Source of the DNA: Pseudomonas aeruginosa | GTDB taxonomy: Bacteria; Pseudomonadota; Gammaproteobacteria; Pseudomonadales; Pseudomonadaceae | Assembly (NCBI RefSeq): GCF_001457615.1 | Contig: NZ_LN831024.1 | Coordinates: forward strand, 1,590,001-1,622,000 | Direction of reading: 5' to 3' | DNA length: 32,000 bases | Shown here: one piece after another, positions 29,405 to 32,000 of the stretch | Layout: each line of letters begins with the position of its first letter | How positions within the stretch are numbered: position 1 is the first letter of the stretch | Notes under the pieces: model-generated | Databases searched by the model: none | What the model saw: only the letters and a program-made list of their open reading frames with translations | Told to the model about the DNA's origin: nothing | Translations under genes and position numbers: made by a program

Positions 29405-31174
29405 TCAAAGTCCCTGTTCGCTGAGCCAGAGGTTGAGGGCGGCCAGCTGCCACAGCTTGGAGCCGCGCAGCGGTGTGAGGTCGCCGTCCGGATCGCTCAG
29501 CAGGCGATCGAATATCGCCGGCTGGAACAGGCCGCGGTCCTGGCTCGGGTCGAGCAGCAGTTCGCGTACCCATTCGCGGGTGCGGCCCTGCAAGTGCTTG
29601 AGGCCGGGCACCGGGAAGTAACCCTTGGGCCGGTCGATGACTTCGCTGGGAATCACCTTGCGCGCGGCACCCTTGAGCACCTGCTTGCCGCCGTCGCCGA
29701 GCTTGAAGCGGGCGGGAATGCGCGCCGACAGCTCGGCCAGGCGGTAGTCGAGGAACGGCACGCGGGCTTCCAGGCCCCAGGCCATGGTCATGTTGTCGAC
29801 CCGCTTGACCGGGTCGTCGACCAGCATGATCGTGCTATCCAGGCGCAGCGCCTTGTCCACCGCGGCCTCGGCGCCGGGGCTGGCGAAGTGGTCGCGGACG
29901 AAGCGCCCGGCGACGTCCTCGACGCGGAAGCGCTCGCCGACGGTGGCCAGGTATTCCTCGTGGTCGCGGTCGAAGAACGCCGCGCGGTACGCGGCGAAGG
30001 CGTCGTCGGCGCCATCCACCTTCGGATACCAGTGGTAGCCGGCGAACAGCTCGTCGGCGCCCTGGCCGCTCTGCACCACCTTGCAGTGCTTCGAGACTTC
30101 CCGCGCGAGCAGGTAGAAGGCGATGCAGTCGTGGCTGACCATCGGCTCGCTCATGGCGCGGAAGGCCGCCGGCAACTGCTCGATCACTTCGTGCTCGCCG
30201 ATGCGCAGGCGATGGTGGCGGGTGTGATAGCGCTCGGCGATCAGGTCGGAATACTGGAACTCGTCGCCGCGCTCGCCGCCGGCATCCTCGAAGCCGATGG
30301 AGAAGGTCAGCAGGTTGTCCACCCCGGCTTCGTGCAGCAGGCCCACCAGCAGGCTCGAATCGACCCCGCCGGAGAGCAGCACGCCGACCTCGCGGGCGGC
30401 GCGCTGGCGGATCGCCACCGCTTCGCGGAGGCCGTCGAGGACGCGCTCCTGCCAGTCGTCGAGCGTCAGCTCGCGCTCGTCCGGGCGTGGGCCGTAGTCC
30501 AGCGTCCACCAGGTGCGCTGCTCGCAGCTGCCGTCGAGGTCGACGCTCATCCAGGTCGCCGGCGGCAGCTTCTTCACGCCCTCCAGCAAGGTGTGCGGGG
30601 CGGGAACCACGGCGTGGAAGTTGAGGTAGAAATTCAGCGCCTGCGGATCGAGGTCGCTGGCGATGTCGCCGCCCTTGAGCAGGGCCGGCAGGCTCGAGGC
30701 GAAGCGTAGGCGCGAGCGGTCGAGGCTGTAGTAGAGCGGCTTGATGCCGAGTCGGTCACGGGCCAGGAACAGCCGCTGGCGATCGCGCTCCCAGACGGCG
30801 AAGGCGAACATCCCATTGAGCCGGGGCAATAAATCGGCGCCCCAGGCATGGTACCCCTTCAAGAGAACTTCGGTGTCGCCGCCGGAGAAGAACCGATAGC
30901 CAAGGCTTTCCAGTTCGCCACGCAGTTCGGGGTAGTTGTAGATGGCGCCATTGAACACCATGGCCAGGCCGAGATCGGGATCGATCATCGGTTGGCCGGA
31001 AGCTTCCGCCAGGTCCATGATCTTCAGCCGTCGATGTCCGAGGGCGATCGGACCCTGGGCGTGGAAGCCCCAGGCGTCGGGGCCGCGAGGGGCCAGGTGG
31101 TGGGTGATGCGTTCGACCGCTGCGAGGTCGGCTGCCTGGTTGTCGAAACGAAACTCTCCTGATATGCCGCACAT
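29405..31174 (-). CDS. asnO: Asparagine-synthetase-like glutamine amidotransferase forming the terminal amide of NAGGN
   Basis: 589 aa; N-terminal Cys MCGISGEFRF, RGPDAWG, FNGAIYNY, LLSGGVDSSLLVGLL PP-loop, GQGADELFAGY. Confidence 0.9.
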   Translation of the reverse strand: MCGISGEFRFDNQAADLAAVERITHHLAPRGPDAWGFHAQGPIALGHRRLKIMDLAEASGQPMIDPDLGLAMVFNGAIYNYPELRGELESLGYRFFSGGDTEVLLKGYHAWGADLLPRLNGMFAFAVWERDRQRLFLARDRLGIKPLYYSLDRSRLRFASSLPALLKGGDIASDLDPQALNFYLNFHAVVPAPHTLLEGVKKLPPATWMSVDLDGSCEQRTWWTLDYGPRPDERELTLDDWQERVLDGLREAVAIRQRAAREVGVLLSGGVDSSLLVGLLHEAGVDNLLTFSIGFEDAGGERGDEFQYSDLIAERYHTRHHRLRIGEHEVIEQLPAAFRAMSEPMVSHDCIAFYLLAREVSKHCKVVQSGQGADELFAGYHWYPKVDGADDAFAAYRAAFFDRDHEEYLATVGERFRVEDVAGRFVRDHFASPGAEAAVDKALRLDSTIMLVDDPVKRVDNMTMAWGLEARVPFLDYRLAELSARIPARFKLGDGGKQVLKGAARKVIPSEVIDRPKGYFPVPGLKHLQGRTREWVRELLLDPSQDRGLFQPAIFDRLLSDPDGDLTPLRGSKLWQLAALNLWLSEQGL

Positions 31175-31316
31175 ATTCCTTACCGGTTCTCCGTTGGGGA
31201 AGTGGGTTGCGTACCCCTTCCGGGTACATGACTTACCTAACAGAGGACCGTTACAGTTGGAAGGAGTTCTATACGAATTTTCCGGGCCTATCAGGACCCT
31301 TAACGAAGAATTTATT

Positions 31317-31790
31317 ATGGTTGAAAGTAATAAGACCGCTGCCGATACCTATTCGCTCGCTATTTTCCGCGCCATCCGCCGTCTCCAGCAGGCCGCCGAA
31401 ATCCACTCCAAGCGTCTCAGCCGATACGGTGGCCTGACCCCGCTGCAATTGCTGATCCTGCATGTCCTGGCGGTGGAGGGAGAACTGACCGCGACGCAAC
31501 TGGCCAAGCTGGTCAGCCTGTCCCAGGCATCGCTCTCCGGCGTGCTCGACCGCCTCGAAGGACGCGGCCTGCTCTATCGTCGGCGCGACGAACAGGACCG
31601 GCGCAAGTCCTGGCTGCACCTCGACCCGGCCGGCCACGAAGCCCTGGCGGAGGCGCCGCCGCTATTGCCGGAGTACGTGATCGAGCGCTTCGCCGCGTTG
31701 CCCGAGTGGGAGCGCCACGGCTTGCTGGCCGCGCTGCTGCGCGCGGCCGACCTGTTCGGCTTGCCGGAAGAGGACGTCGAAGAAGAGTGA
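31317..31790 (+). CDS. MarR-family transcriptional regulator divergent from the NAGGN operon
   Basis: 157 aa from MVESNKTAADTYSLAIFRAIRRLQQAAEIHSKRLSRYGGLTPLQLLILHVLAVEGELTATQLAKLVSLSQASLSGVLDRLEGRGLLYRRRDEQDRRKSWLHL. Confidence 0.9.
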   Translation: MVESNKTAADTYSLAIFRAIRRLQQAAEIHSKRLSRYGGLTPLQLLILHVLAVEGELTATQLAKLVSLSQASLSGVLDRLEGRGLLYRRRDEQDRRKSWLHLDPAGHEALAEAPPLLPEYVIERFAALPEWERHGLLAALLRAADLFGLPEEDVEEE

Positions 31791-31944
31791 GGGCGCCAGG
31801 TTCGCTACGAAAGACAGTCGCGTCGGCGGTCTTTACCTGGCGAACCTGCCGATGCCTGGTGGACAAGCGCGTTGTACGCCATGGCGTGACCTCCGCGTAG
31901 GGCGCATAACGCCGCTTCCCCGGTGCCCCGGCCGCCGAGGAAAG

Positions 31945-32000
31945 CTACCCGCCGTAGAGCTTCTGCGCCGCCAGGGAGAAGCTCACCGCCACCAGCATCA
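31945..32000 (-). CDS. Truncated 3' end of a minus-strand gene running off the window
   Basis: Minus-strand frame reads ...MLVAVSFSLAAQKLYGG* with the stop at 31945-31947; the rest lies outside the window. Confidence 0.4.
   Translation of the reverse strand, partial: MLVAVSFSLAAQKLYGG

Noticed and set aside
29363-30709. 448-aa plus-strand ORF opposite asnO
   Set aside because: Shadow ORF; the minus strand carries a full asparagine-synthetase-like protein.

Overview
This 32 kb window reads as a contiguous chromosomal segment of Pseudomonas aeruginosa (or a very close relative). It is ordinary core genome with no phage, transposase, CRISPR array or obvious defence island. Left to right it contains metG (-), an Mrp/ApbC P-loop ATPase, dcd, the rhamnolipid/quorum-sensing block rhlA-rhlB-rhlR-rhlI, pheC, two EamA/RarD-type permeases, an NlpC/P60 hydrolase (-), an NAD-type malic enzyme, a NUDIX/RibD-DHFR-like pair (-), an MscS-family channel (-), an MFS transporter (-), a DEAD-box helicase, an MFS protein with an extra C-terminal domain (-), a zinc-phospholipase-C-like protein, a tandem array of about 3.7 copies of a 115-bp unit, a UPF0270 protein (-), a 7TM hybrid histidine kinase (-), and a three-gene operon (-) matching the N-acetylglutaminylglutamine amide (NAGGN) osmoprotectant pathway with a divergent MarR regulator. 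The items most worth a second look are the 115-bp two-hairpin tandem array and its single-copy relative after the helicase gene, the NAGGN cluster with its divergent MarR regulator and neighbouring orphan hybrid kinase (which has an apparently degenerate receiver), the fused C-terminal domain on the MFS protein, and the dense known or putative regulatory RNA/DNA elements of the rhl region. I found no convincing evidence for an entirely undescribed system. No searches were run; family and species calls rest on motif and sequence recognition.
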